Program-made: the position numbers and the translations under genes
Source: Mytilus edulis
Lineage: Eukaryota
DNA length: 64,000 nucleotides
Reading direction: 5' to 3'
Assembly: GCF_963676685.1 (NCBI RefSeq)
Contig: NC_092344.1
Span: 104,594,001-104,658,000 of the forward strand
The notes under the pieces: generated by a model
Database searches by the model: none
What the model was told of the DNA's origin: nothing
Seen by the model: the letters and a program-made list of their open reading frames with translations, nothing else
Part shown: piece after piece, positions 63,043 through 64,000 of the stretch
How positions within the stretch are numbered: position 1 is the first letter of the stretch
How the letters are laid out: each line of letters opens with the position of its first letter

Positions 63043-64000
63043 ATTTGTCTATTTAGAATGAACACTTACAACATACACGTTCGTTTATCAATAAATAAAT
63101 ATTTATATTTATTTGTGTGCATATACACTAACAGAAAATTATGTCCTATCTTTTTGACAATGATAACTACATGTGGAGATAAACATGCATCTATAGAAAT
63201 TTGAGGGAATATGGTTCACTCTACATATTAATTATTTGCTTAGGATTTTTTTTACTGTAGATGAGTCTTATAATCGAATACCGTGAATACTTAATTCAAT
63301 CTAGTTATTTTTTTTCTAAATTGTATGACCCCATTGGTAAATAAGCCTGTAGAAATATTATCATTCATGTACTCCATATGTCACGTAAATCATTGGTAAA
63401 CAGGGGGCTTCTGTTTTGCTGTGCGGGATGTATACATACGCAGTCACGTTCGGTCGAAAAGGGAACTTTAAATTCTAAATTTTAACAAATATTTTTATGA
63501 TTATATATTCAAACAGCTATGAGTAAGTTCTGAAACTATAGAAATAAAAAAAAAAAAACTTTTCTGGCTCTTGTATTCACAAAAATATCTACATTGTGTC
63601 TTGCAAAGTTTACTTTCGTTGCAGAATGTCGTATAATTGTCCTGGTTTCCAGTTGTCTACAGCCGGACAGCAAATTCCTGATTTGTCCGTTAAAACCCTG
63701 GCTCGCTAGTGGGCAATTATGCAACATCTCCTAAATTTTATAGAATCAAGACATATATATACTCATATATACATGGTATTTAAATATAGTTCAATGATTT
63801 CAAGAAATGTATGATAAACATCAATAACTGAAAAATGAGGGACACTCAATTTGTTCAGTTGTTCGAATAGGAAACACAGTATTTGTTTTTAAATAAGAAG
63901 CATGGGCTTTTTCGAGTTTGTCCTTCACCGGAAAAAAATCGTCAATTATGCACGCCTTTATGACGTCATTTACCAGATAGAGGGGATCGCATATATCCCT

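Overview
AT-rich, intron-containing animal DNA, not prokaryotic. The repeat families and gene content look like a bivalve, probably a Mytilus-type mussel (inference). All host genes lie on the minus strand and were rebuilt by hand from GT-AG sites with consistent exon phases. They are: (1) a 15-exon SLC6 amino-acid transporter (2656-15184) with atypical ion- and substrate-site residues; (2) a 2-exon secreted precursor releasing about 8 peptides that end L-x-R-x before KR, plus a very basic tail (17999-19515); (3) a 2-exon 10-Cys prokineticin/colipase-fold secreted protein (29104-29934); (4) a tandem array of five 4-exon SLC46-like MFS transporters, two frameshifted, plus the 3' remnant of a sixth (31620-63042). 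Intergenic and intronic DNA holds many mobile elements: a decayed Tc1, Penelope-like RT copies, an RTE fragment, a TTAA MITE, fold-back MITEs, Helentron-type HINEs and hammerhead-ribozyme repeats. One non-autonomous element has CACAGTG (RSS-heptamer) termini and a 5-bp TSD. No rRNA, true tRNA or CRISPR was found. Coordinates were counted manually and may be off by a few bases.
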